From IMG/VR virus record IMGVR_UViG_3300036805_000160, positions 1-43,886 of that record: a DNA stretch of 43,886 bases; one strand, written 5' to 3'. The stretch is from a virus. Taxonomy: Duplodnaviria > Caudoviricetes. Shown piece after piece: positions 25,132-31,776 of the stretch. The notes under the pieces are model-generated. The model did not search any database, was not told the DNA's origin, and worked only from the letters and a program-made list of their open reading frames with translations. A program made the position numbers and the translations under genes. Position 1 is the stretch's first letter; each line of letters opens with the position of its first letter.

Positions 25132-25397
25132 CGGGCGCCGCCGTCGCTGTTGCTGTCGGGGGTGACGACGACGTCGATCTCGCCGGTGATGCCCAGCAGC
25201 GCGGCCACGTCGGACGCCTTGAAACGCCGGTGGCCCCCTGCGCTGCGCTGCGCGGTGAGCTTGCCCTTCCTGACCCACCGGGTGACCGTTTTCGGGTCCA
25301 CGCCTGCGAGGCGTGCCACGTCGCCGCTGGTGAGCATCGGGCCGGTGGGGGTGCCGTTGACTGTGATGACCCTCATCGGGTCCTCCTCGGGGTGCAT
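25128..25397 (-). CDS. BldC-like MerR-type HTH DNA-binding protein
   Basis: 'MLTSGDVARLAGVDPKTVTRWVRKGKLTAQRSAGGHRRF' matches the BldC signature VDPKTVTRW...GKL...GGHRR. The start may be ATG 25376. Confidence 0.85.
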   Translation of the reverse strand: MHPEEDPMRVITVNGTPTGPMLTSGDVARLAGVDPKTVTRWVRKGKLTAQRSAGGHRRFKASDVAALLGITGEIDVVVTPDSNSDGGAR

Positions 25398-25421
25398 AAT
25401 GCGGGTAGGGGTTGTTGGTCA

Positions 25422-25489
25422 GCCCGGCTCTCGCACAGCCGGGCAGGGACCGTTCAGGGCCCGGGCGCAGGGAAGTCCGCCCGGGCCCT
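25422..25489 (-). other. Two tandem GC-rich hairpins between xis and the BldC-like gene
   Basis: GCCCGGCT/AGCCGGGC (25422-25444) and AGGGCCCGGGCG/CGCCCGGGCCCT (25456-25489). Confidence 0.6.
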
Positions 25490-25492
25490 TGT

Positions 25493-25723
25493 TCATGTGC
25501 CGGTGACTTCGGGTGCGTTCGCCTCGTAGGCGTCCAGGGACTCGGCGATCACGCGGATGCCCTTGTGGCCGCTGCCGAACTTCTTGGCGCGGATCTCGCC
25601 TTCCTTGATCAGGTCGTAGATCTGCCGTGGCGAGAGAGCTAGCCGGCCGGCGGCTTCCCGGACGGTGAGGTACTGAGGGTCGTCGCCGGGGGGTGCTTCG
25701 GCGGCCTGGGGGGCATCTCTCAT
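25493..25723 (-). CDS. xis: Excisionase / Cro-position HTH_17 protein
   Basis: 'YLTVREAAGRLALSPRQIYDLIKEGEIRAKKFG...IRV' is an excisionase-type wHTH. First gene divergent from the repressor. Confidence 0.8.
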   Translation of the reverse strand: MRDAPQAAEAPPGDDPQYLTVREAAGRLALSPRQIYDLIKEGEIRAKKFGSGHKGIRVIAESLDAYEANAPEVTGT

Positions 25724-25731
25724 AGCCGGTG

Positions 25732-25760
25732 AGATTACGCGCATTGTGCGCAATGTGCAA
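25732..25760 (-). promoter_or_regulatory. Early lytic promoter (sigma70-type, probably leaderless) overlapping an operator
   Basis: TTGCAC-17 bp-TAATCT on the minus strand, 8 nt before ATG 25723. The spacer contains the inverted repeat CATTG-N4-CAATG. Confidence 0.75.
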
Positions 25761-25852
25761 GGTTGTTGCGCGGTGCAGCGGGGCGGTTAGGGGAATGTTG
25801 CTCCCCCGTCTCGTACATGCGGACTACGCCGTGTTACCGTCTCTTGCATGTG

Positions 25853-25874
25853 ACGCGCACTGCGCGCAATACGC
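25853..25874. promoter_or_regulatory. Second operator copy in the immunity region
   Basis: ACGCGCACTGCGCGCAATACGC matches ACGCGCATTGTGCGCAATGTGC (25737-25758) at 18 of 22 positions. Confidence 0.7.
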
Positions 25875-25901
25875 GTGTGACGCCCGAGATGAGGTCCAGC
25901 C

Positions 25902-26333
25902 ATGGACGACGGCCTCCCTCAACCGCCGCCCGAAGCCGAACTGATCCGCGAGCGCCGCGGCGAGGTGTCCATCCGCGCCGCCGCCCGCCAGGCGGGCATC
26001 TCCGAATCCATGTGGCGCCTCGTCGAGCGCGGCCGCCGCTTCGAGCGCGAGCTGCAGGACAAGCCATACGAAGGGTCCGCCGTGATGATCGCGAAGATGG
26101 CCCGCGCCGTCGGCGTCACCCCCGCCGAGCTCGCCGCCACCGGCCGCCCCAACGCCATCGCCGCCGCCGGGATCCTCCGCCGCGGCGCCGAAGGTAAGGA
26201 GCAGGGTCCCGAGCTGGCCGAGGTGCTGGCCCAGCTGGCGGAGATCGAGCGGGACCCGTCGCTGACCAGGTCGCAGAAACAGGAGCTGTACGCGGAGGTC
26301 GTCGCGGCGATGGGCGAGTACCGCGGCCAGTGA
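25902..26333 (+). CDS. Immunity repressor (XRE HTH)
   Basis: 'LIRERRGEVSIRAAARQAGISESMWRLVERG...AKMARAVGVTPAEL'. Divergent from xis and upstream of the integrase. Confidence 0.85.
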   Translation: MDDGLPQPPPEAELIRERRGEVSIRAAARQAGISESMWRLVERGRRFERELQDKPYEGSAVMIAKMARAVGVTPAELAATGRPNAIAAAGILRRGAEGKEQGPELAEVLAQLAEIERDPSLTRSQKQELYAEVVAAMGEYRGQ

Positions 26334-26497
26334 TGCCGACGTGGCGTAACAGTAAGGTTCCTATGACCGTGGGTTACGTTTTGCGCGGAACTGACGTAAA
26401 ACGGCAGGTGTTAACGAGACGCCGCGTATCTATTCCCGGGGCCCCTCCTCCCCGCTATCCCCGGGTGCGGATGACGCACCACCTGGGAGGTAGCACC

Positions 26498-26740
26498 ATG
26501 ACCGTTGCACGCCGCACCGCCGCCGGGATCACTTCCGCCGGATTGTGGGCCGCGTCGCTGGCCGGCCTGTTCCTGTCCGCCGACGCCGACGCGGCGATGG
26601 TGCTGGCCTTCGCCGGGACCACCGCCGCCGCCGCGGCGCTCGCCGCCCCCCGCGGGGACTGCCGTGCCGCGTTCCGGCACGGCTTCAACGCCGGGATCCG
26701 CTCCGCGGCGATGGGCCGCCGCGAGATGATTAAGCGGTGA
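26498..26740 (+). CDS. Small two-TM membrane protein between repressor and integrase
   Basis: GGAGG RBS before ATG 26498. The stop overlaps the integrase GTG. Confidence 0.65.
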   Translation: MTVARRTAAGITSAGLWAASLAGLFLSADADAAMVLAFAGTTAAAAALAAPRGDCRAAFRHGFNAGIRSAAMGRREMIKR

Positions 26741-28080
26741 GCAAGGGCAGCCGCCGCCCGCACGGCGACGGGTCGGTCTACTACCTGCCCGGCAAGGACC
26801 TGTGGGCGGTGGCCGTGGACCTGGGCTGGAAGGGCGGCAAGCGGGACCGCCGCTACTTCTACGCCCGCGACCAGGCGGGCGCGCTGGCCAAGCGGGACCT
26901 GTTCCTCGACCGCCGCCGCGCCGGGTTCACCCTGCCGAAGGGCCGGGCGCCGACGGTGGCGGACTGGTGCCTGTACTGGCTGCACGAGATCGTCCGCGAC
27001 GAGGTCGAGGCGACGACCTGGCACCGGTCCTACCGGCAGAAGACCGAGGATCACATCGCCCCGTGGTTCGCGAAAACCAGGCTGTCGAACGAGGACTTCG
27101 ACGAGGCGGCGGTGCGGGCGTTCAAGCGGCACCTGCTGGCCAAGCCGCGCCAGCGCGGCGGCGGGCGGCTGTCGGCGACGACCGTCCAGCATGTGATGCG
27201 GCTGCTGTCGGAGGCGGCGAAGGCCGCCGTGACCGAGGGGCGGCTGATCCGCAACCCCGTGGCCAATGTCAGCGCCCCGGCGCGCTCGACGGCCGAGCCG
27301 GTGCCGCCGCCGGAGGACGAGGTCCTCGCGATCCTCCGCCAGTGCGGGGACTGGCGCACCGGCCCGCGGTGGGTGACCGCGATCGCGACCGGCCTGCGGC
27401 AGGGTGAGGCGCTCGGCATGCTCTGGCCGTGCGCGGACCTGGACGGCGGCCAGCTGGCGGTTGAGTGGGAGCTCGTCCGCCTGCCGTGGCAGCATGGATG
27501 CTCCGGTGACCCGGGAGGGGCAGCGCCGTGCGGGCTGACCGCGCGGCGCTGCCCTATGCGCCACTCGGGCGGGCTGCGGTTGAAGCGGCCGAAGTCGGCG
27601 AGGTCCCGGCGCGTCGTCCCGCTCGCCCCGTTCGCGGTGGCGGCGCTGCGGCAGTGGCGCACGGACCAGAAGGCGGAGCGGCTCGCGCACCCGGCGTGGG
27701 AGGGCTGGGCGCACGGCTGCGGGCGGCGGCTGCGCCGCGGCGACCTCGTCTGCCCCGCCTGCATGGCGCCGGCCCGCCCGGACCTGCTGGTGTTCACCCA
27801 GCCGTCCGGTCACCCGGTGGACGCGCGGCGGGACTGGCAGGACTGGCAGGACATCCTCGCCGCTGCCGGGGCCGCCGACCGGTACGGGACGCACGCGAAC
27901 CGGCACGGGCTGGCGACGGCGCTGCTGGAGGACGGGATGGAGATCCGGTACGTGCAGGAGATCATGGGGCATTCGGCGCCGGACTTCACCCGCCGCGCCT
28001 ACGCCCATGTGCGGCAGAAGCCGCGGGACGCCGCGCGGGACGCGATCGAGGCGCGGCTGACCCGGCGGGTACAGCCATGA
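26737..28080 (+). CDS. int: Tyrosine integrase
   Basis: Arm domain 'RRPHGDGSVY'; catalytic R (GLRQGE), K (PKS), HxxR (HANRH), 'MGHS' and Y (RAYAH). Confidence 0.95.
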   Translation: MSKGSRRPHGDGSVYYLPGKDLWAVAVDLGWKGGKRDRRYFYARDQAGALAKRDLFLDRRRAGFTLPKGRAPTVADWCLYWLHEIVRDEVEATTWHRSYRQKTEDHIAPWFAKTRLSNEDFDEAAVRAFKRHLLAKPRQRGGGRLSATTVQHVMRLLSEAAKAAVTEGRLIRNPVANVSAPARSTAEPVPPPEDEVLAILRQCGDWRTGPRWVTAIATGLRQGEALGMLWPCADLDGGQLAVEWELVRLPWQHGCSGDPGGAAPCGLTARRCPMRHSGGLRLKRPKSARSRRVVPLAPFAVAALRQWRTDQKAERLAHPAWEGWAHGCGRRLRRGDLVCPACMAPARPDLLVFTQPSGHPVDARRDWQDWQDILAAAGAADRYGTHANRHGLATALLEDGMEIRYVQEIMGHSAPDFTRRAYAHVRQKPRDAARDAIEARLTRRVQP

Positions 28081-28093
28081 GTACAGCCAAGAA
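28068..28093 (+). repeat. Integrase arm-type site pair, left
   Basis: GGTACAGCCATGAGTACAGCCAAGAA (tandem GTACAGCCA), repeated with one mismatch at 28280-28305. Confidence 0.8.
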
Positions 28094-28201
28094 TCCGCGC
28101 GTTGCGCAGAATACGCGCAATCCTGGGTTGCGCGGCATGCCCCTGGCCTGTAGATTGCGCACTGTACGCGCAACACGCACAACCTAGAGGCAGGGTCCCA
28201 A

Positions 28202-28251
28202 ACGGGCTTTTAACCCGTGGGTTCAGGGTTCGATCCCCTGGCGCCCCACCA
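28202..28251 (+). other. attP core: 3' half of tRNA-Lys(TTT)
   Basis: Anticodon arm ACGGG-CTTTTAA-CCCGT, T arm CAGGG-TTCGATC-CCCTG and acceptor 3' strand GCGCCCC-A-CCA. No D arm or 5' acceptor strand. Flanked by arm sites next to int. Confidence 0.9.
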
Positions 28252-28279
28252 GCGGAAACACCGTTCAGCCGCAGGTGCC

Positions 28280-28305
28280 GGTACAGCCAGGAGTACAGCC
28301 AAGAA
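28280..28305 (+). repeat. Integrase arm-type site pair, right
   Basis: GGTACAGCCAGGAGTACAGCCAAGAA, a direct repeat of 28068-28093. Confidence 0.8.
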
Positions 28306-28346
28306 CCTGCGGGCGAGCTTCCCGGGACCCGGAAACGGACCCCCGA

Positions 28347-28604
28347 ATGGCCGACGTCACCCACAGCACCGCGATCTACAAGCCCATGCCCGCCGACTTC
28401 GGGTACGGCGCGGACGACACCGGCACCATCCACTTCGACATCGCCAAAGATGTCCACTTCACCCTCGCCAACCCCCGCCCGTACATGAAAAGCGACCTCC
28501 TGCTGGAGGCCGAGGCGATGCGCAAGCTCGCCGACGTGGCCACGGAGCTGGCGGCCAAGCTGGAGCGCCGCGCCGCCGAGGAGATGGCCGGGTACGCACG
28601 ATGA
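28347..28604 (+). CDS. Hypothetical protein
   Basis: Begins MADVTHSTAIYKPM. Coupled to the next gene by ATGA. Confidence 0.6.
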   Translation: MADVTHSTAIYKPMPADFGYGADDTGTIHFDIAKDVHFTLANPRPYMKSDLLLEAEAMRKLADVATELAAKLERRAAEEMAGYAR

Positions 28605-28825
28605 GCGGCCGGTGGTCAGGCGGGACCGCGAACCGCTACTGGCAGCGGCCAGGCTCCCGCCTGCTGAACGTCCCCGGCGACGCTGAACGCGGCAAACGAC
28701 TGTTCACCGCGCTGGCTCACGAGAGGTTCTGGTGCGACAACTGCGGAGATTGCCATCCGCTGATCGAGCACCGCGACTGCCGCGCCCGGTTCCCGTTCCG
28801 GTCGGCGTGGCGGGGTGCGACATGA
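28601..28825 (+). CDS. Small zinc-binding protein
   Basis: 'CDNCGDCHPLIEHRDC'. ATGA coupling. Confidence 0.55.
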   Translation: MSGRWSGGTANRYWQRPGSRLLNVPGDAERGKRLFTALAHERFWCDNCGDCHPLIEHRDCRARFPFRSAWRGAT

Positions 28826-28968
28826 TGCGCCGCCTCAAGCAGCTGGCCGCCGTCGCCGTGTTCGCGTTCATGCTCGGCGGCGCGTTCGGCGCCCACTCCC
28901 AGGCCGCCTCCCGCGCGCCGGTCCAGCTCGTCAGCTACACCGCCGTCCACCCGGCGAAGGCAAGGTGA
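28822..28968 (+). CDS. Small protein with signal-peptide-like sequence
   Basis: MMRRLKQLAAVAVFAFMLGGAFGAHSQA... Confidence 0.5.
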   Translation: MMRRLKQLAAVAVFAFMLGGAFGAHSQAASRAPVQLVSYTAVHPAKAR

Positions 28969-28973
28969 GGGGA

Positions 28974-29441
28974 ATGACGAGCGGTCGGCCGCTCAACTAC
29001 ACGTCCACCATCCCGGCCGCGCGGACAGTCGGCGAATGCCAGGCGATCCTCGCCCGGGCGGGCGCCGCGTCGGTCGCGGTCCACTATGAGGGCGGCGAGC
29101 CGGCCGGGCTGTCGTTCTCGCTCACCACCCCGCACGGCCGCCGCGGCTTCACGCTGCCGGTGAATGTGGACGGCGTCCAGCAGCTGCTCGTCAAGGCGCA
29201 CCAGGAGGGCAAGCTGCGCGGCGGCATGTCGCGCGCCGTGTTCACCAGTCGCGACCATGCCACCCGTGTGGCGTGGCGGGTCGTCAAGGACTGGCTGGAA
29301 GCCCAGCTCGCCATCATCGCCGCGAACATGGCCAGCCTGGATCAAATCATGCTGCCCTATCTGCACGTGGACGAGACCCGGACGCTGTATGAGGCGTACC
29401 AGGAGCGCGAGCAGGCAGCTCTACCGGCCGCCCAGGGGTAA
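28974..29441 (+). CDS. Conserved-looking phage hypothetical protein
   Basis: 'LNYTSTI...A.RVAWRVVKDWLEAQLA...MLPYL' resembles a recurrent phage protein of unknown function. Confidence 0.7.
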   Translation: MTSGRPLNYTSTIPAARTVGECQAILARAGAASVAVHYEGGEPAGLSFSLTTPHGRRGFTLPVNVDGVQQLLVKAHQEGKLRGGMSRAVFTSRDHATRVAWRVVKDWLEAQLAIIAANMASLDQIMLPYLHVDETRTLYEAYQEREQAALPAAQG

Positions 29442-29443
29442 CG

Positions 29444-29683
29444 GTGCACACTGACACGCCGCCGGTGCGGATCACGCCGACGGTCACCCGGGACTGGCGG
29501 GCGCACTGCCGCGACTGCGGCTGGATCTTCGACTGCTCGCGGTCGCGGGCGTCGCGGACCCCGGACATGGTGACCCGGTCGGCGGCGCGGCGTCACGTGG
29601 CGGCGAGGCCCGGGCACCGGGTGCACGTGGAGTGGCGCAGTGAGTGTGAATACCGGCCGCCCAGGGAGCCACGGTATGGCTGA
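29444..29683 (+). CDS. Small zinc-finger protein
   Basis: 'AHCRDCGW...ARRH...PGH'. Confidence 0.55.
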   Translation: MHTDTPPVRITPTVTRDWRAHCRDCGWIFDCSRSRASRTPDMVTRSAARRHVAARPGHRVHVEWRSECEYRPPREPRYG

Positions 29684-29870
29684 CGTCCACGCCCATGCTT
29701 TCAACGCACTCACCGAGACCACGTGCGAACTCGGCATCTTCATCATGCTCAGCGACCGGGAAGCTCTCGCCGCAGCCGTGGAGGCCGCGATCGAGCCTGA
29801 GATCCGCGCCGACGAGCGCGACCAGGTGTACCGGGAACTGCGCGAGGGGCAGTGGTGGAGGCGGCGATGA
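29676..29870 (+). CDS. Small hypothetical protein
   Basis: GGGAG RBS before ATG 29676. Contains 'IRADERDQV'. Confidence 0.55.
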   Translation: MADVHAHAFNALTETTCELGIFIMLSDREALAAAVEAAIEPEIRADERDQVYRELREGQWWRRR

Positions 29871-29945
29871 GCTATAGGGAACTAACCGTGCGGAAAGCAC
29901 GTGCACCAGACATCAGGGCGCACAGTGAGTGTCGTGAGATACGGG

Positions 29946-30185
29946 GTGTCATGGCCGGGCGGCCGGGGCCGCCGTCAGTGGATCTCGATGGGCTGCGCCG
30001 GGTGGATGCTGCTCGGCCCGTTCATCGCCATGGCGTGGATGTTTTACGGCCTGGGATGGTTCTGCTGGCTGGTGCTGCGGTGGTCGGGGTGGCTGTACTG
30101 GCAGCTCGGGCGCCTGTGCTGGCTCGGCGGCGTGGCTGGCTGGCAACTCGCCCGGGCTCACTGGCCGTCCCGGTCGCGGACGTAG
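29946..30185 (+). CDS. Trp-rich small membrane protein (start uncertain)
   Basis: Long hydrophobic, Trp-rich stretch. The 3' end overlaps the convergent GntR gene. Confidence 0.5.
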   Translation: MSWPGGRGRRQWISMGCAGWMLLGPFIAMAWMFYGLGWFCWLVLRWSGWLYWQLGRLCWLGGVAGWQLARAHWPSRSRT

Positions 30186-30400
30186 ACGCCCCGGCCGCGC
30201 AGCGTGTACACCCGGCCCTCCTCACGCAGCACGCCGATCGCCTTGTCCACCGTCCCCCTGGCGACGCCGTACTCCTGGACCAGCGTCTTCCCCGACGGGA
30301 TGGCATAGCCGGGCCGGATCTCCCCCGTCTCGATCTTCCCCCGCAAGATGGCCGCCAGCTGCTCGTACAGCGGCACACCCAGCTCGTAGTCGATGCCCAC
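30158..30400 (-). CDS. GntR-family wHTH repressor (KorSA/KorA-like)
   Basis: 'PLYEQLAAILRGKIETGEIRPGYAIPSGKTLVQEYGVARGTVDKAIGVLREEGRV...GRGVYV'. Divergent from the tra operon. Confidence 0.9.
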   Translation of the reverse strand: MGIDYELGVPLYEQLAAILRGKIETGEIRPGYAIPSGKTLVQEYGVARGTVDKAIGVLREEGRVYTLRGRGVYVRDRDGQ

Positions 30401-30507
30401 GCGGTCACGCTAGGTTGCCACGAACACCCGGCCTATCCCCGGGGTTACAACAGGCTGACGCAGATACGCAGAGATGCCTATAGGTATCCAGGAGTAGGTT
30501 TCAATGT
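30401..30507. promoter_or_regulatory. Divergent leaderless promoters with a palindromic operator candidate
   Basis: Minus strand TAGCGT-6 nt-GTG (gntR); plus strand TAGGTT-7 nt-ATG 30508; near-palindrome GATGCCTATAGGTATC at 30473-30488. Confidence 0.6.
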
Positions 30508-30792
30508 ATGACCCCCAACCCCCGCTCATACCCCAGCACCGGCGAGGTCGCCCGGCTCCTCGACCGCAACCAGGACCGCCTCGAGCAGCTCCGCCGCGAG
30601 CATCCGGGCTGGCGGATCTGGAATGTGCCCCGCGTGAACGGCCCCACCACGTGGCACGCCGAACCCGCCCGGTATCCCTTGAACGCTGCCGATCCGGGCG
30701 AGCTGGAGGAGTACCTGCGCACCGACGAGCGGCTGCACTCCGGGCCTGGGCCGGAACCCGCCGGTGGGACGGCGTCGCCCCGTGGCGGGTAG
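30508..30792 (+). CDS. Small hypothetical protein, first gene of the tra operon
   Basis: 'LEQLRREHPGWRIW...WHA...LNAADPGELEEYL'. Confidence 0.6.
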   Translation: MTPNPRSYPSTGEVARLLDRNQDRLEQLRREHPGWRIWNVPRVNGPTTWHAEPARYPLNAADPGELEEYLRTDERLHSGPGPEPAGGTASPRGG

Positions 30793-30876
30793 GCGCGTCG
30801 CGGCTGCCGTTCACGCTGGCGATGATCCTGCTCACCAGCGGCCTGCTGGCCGCGTTCGGCACCTGACCGCATAAGC

Positions 30877-30914
30877 GGGCCCCCGGCGGTGGATCAAAGC
30901 CACCCCGGGAGCCC
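30877..30914 (+). other. Intergenic hairpin upstream of the DUF2637-like gene
   Basis: Imperfect stem-loop GGGCCCCCGGCGGTGG-ATCAAAG-CCACCCCGGGAGCCC with no U-tract. Confidence 0.45.
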
Positions 30915-30949
30915 TGACCCCGGACCTTCCCGAGAAAGGCACCGAGGCT

Positions 30950-31609
30950 ATGGATGAACGTATCGGCACCCGGCCCGGCCCGGCCAGACCGGGTCACAGG
31001 GGCACCCGGTGGGCCGCTGGGCTTTCCCTGGCCGCCGTCACCCTCATCGCCGCGATCGCGTCGTACCTGCACGCGCTGAAAGTCGTCCAGGCCGCGGACG
31101 GGCACACCGCCGTGGCCTGGTTCATTCCCGTGATGGCCGACCTTGTCATCGCGTCCGGCGCGGCGAACCTCCTCGACGCGTCCCGCGGCGGCGGGAAGCT
31201 GCCGCGGCTGTCGATGGCGGCGATCGGTGTCGGGGTGGTGGTCACGGTGGCCGCGAACGTGGCATCCGGCTCCCCCCACGCGGTGCCGTCGTGGTGTGTC
31301 AACATCTGGCCGCCGGTGGCTTTCACCCTGGCGCTGGAATCGCTCGTCGGGCAGGTCCGCCGCGGCGGCTCAACGGGGACCGGTAAAGAAATAGCGGTCA
31401 CGGAAAGCCACTGCCCGCACGGTGAGGCCGCCACGGCTGACGACGTGGTCCGCCTGGTCCACGACCACGCCAAGGGCTGCACCGGTGAACCCTTGTCGGC
31501 GCGGCGGCTCGCGGACATCACGGCCCCGTCGCGGACACGGGTGGCCGAGGTGGTCCGTCAGAGCGTCAACGGTGACGGGCCAGCACCCCCGGACGGCGAG
31601 GGGAGGTGA
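30950..31609 (+). CDS. DUF2637 / Spd-like membrane protein
   Basis: Four TM segments 'AAIASYLH...AWFIPVMAD...TVAANV...WPPVAFTLALE' followed by a C-terminal HTH-like segment. Confidence 0.8.
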   Translation: MDERIGTRPGPARPGHRGTRWAAGLSLAAVTLIAAIASYLHALKVVQAADGHTAVAWFIPVMADLVIASGAANLLDASRGGGKLPRLSMAAIGVGVVVTVAANVASGSPHAVPSWCVNIWPPVAFTLALESLVGQVRRGGSTGTGKEIAVTESHCPHGEAATADDVVRLVHDHAKGCTGEPLSARRLADITAPSRTRVAEVVRQSVNGDGPAPPDGEGR

Positions 31610-31614
31610 CCACC

Positions 31615-31776
31615 ATGGGCCTGTTCTCATCCAAGAACAACACCATCAGCGACAAGAAGATGGCCGACCTGAAGCGCCGCGGCCAGAAGGCCAGCGCCGA
31701 GCCGATGTTCAGCAAGCGCGCGGCCGACCGCCGCAAGGCGAGCGGCAAGCAGCAGAAGAAGGCCGGATGGAACTGA
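31615..31776 (+). CDS. Small basic protein (53 aa, not in the ORF track)
   Basis: GGAGG RBS. MGLFSSKNNTISDKKMADLKRRGQKASAEPMFSKRAADRRKASGKQQKKAGWN*, overlapping the traB start. Confidence 0.65.
   Translation: MGLFSSKNNTISDKKMADLKRRGQKASAEPMFSKRAADRRKASGKQQKKAGWN

Noticed and set aside
28180-28251. Possible complete tRNA-Lys gene
   Set aside because: There is no D arm and no 5' acceptor strand complementary to GCGCCCC, so it is the attP core only.
28068-28305. CRISPR-like mini-array from the 26-bp direct repeat
   Set aside because: There are only two copies about 210 bp apart, flanking the att core, and no cas genes. They fit integrase arm sites.
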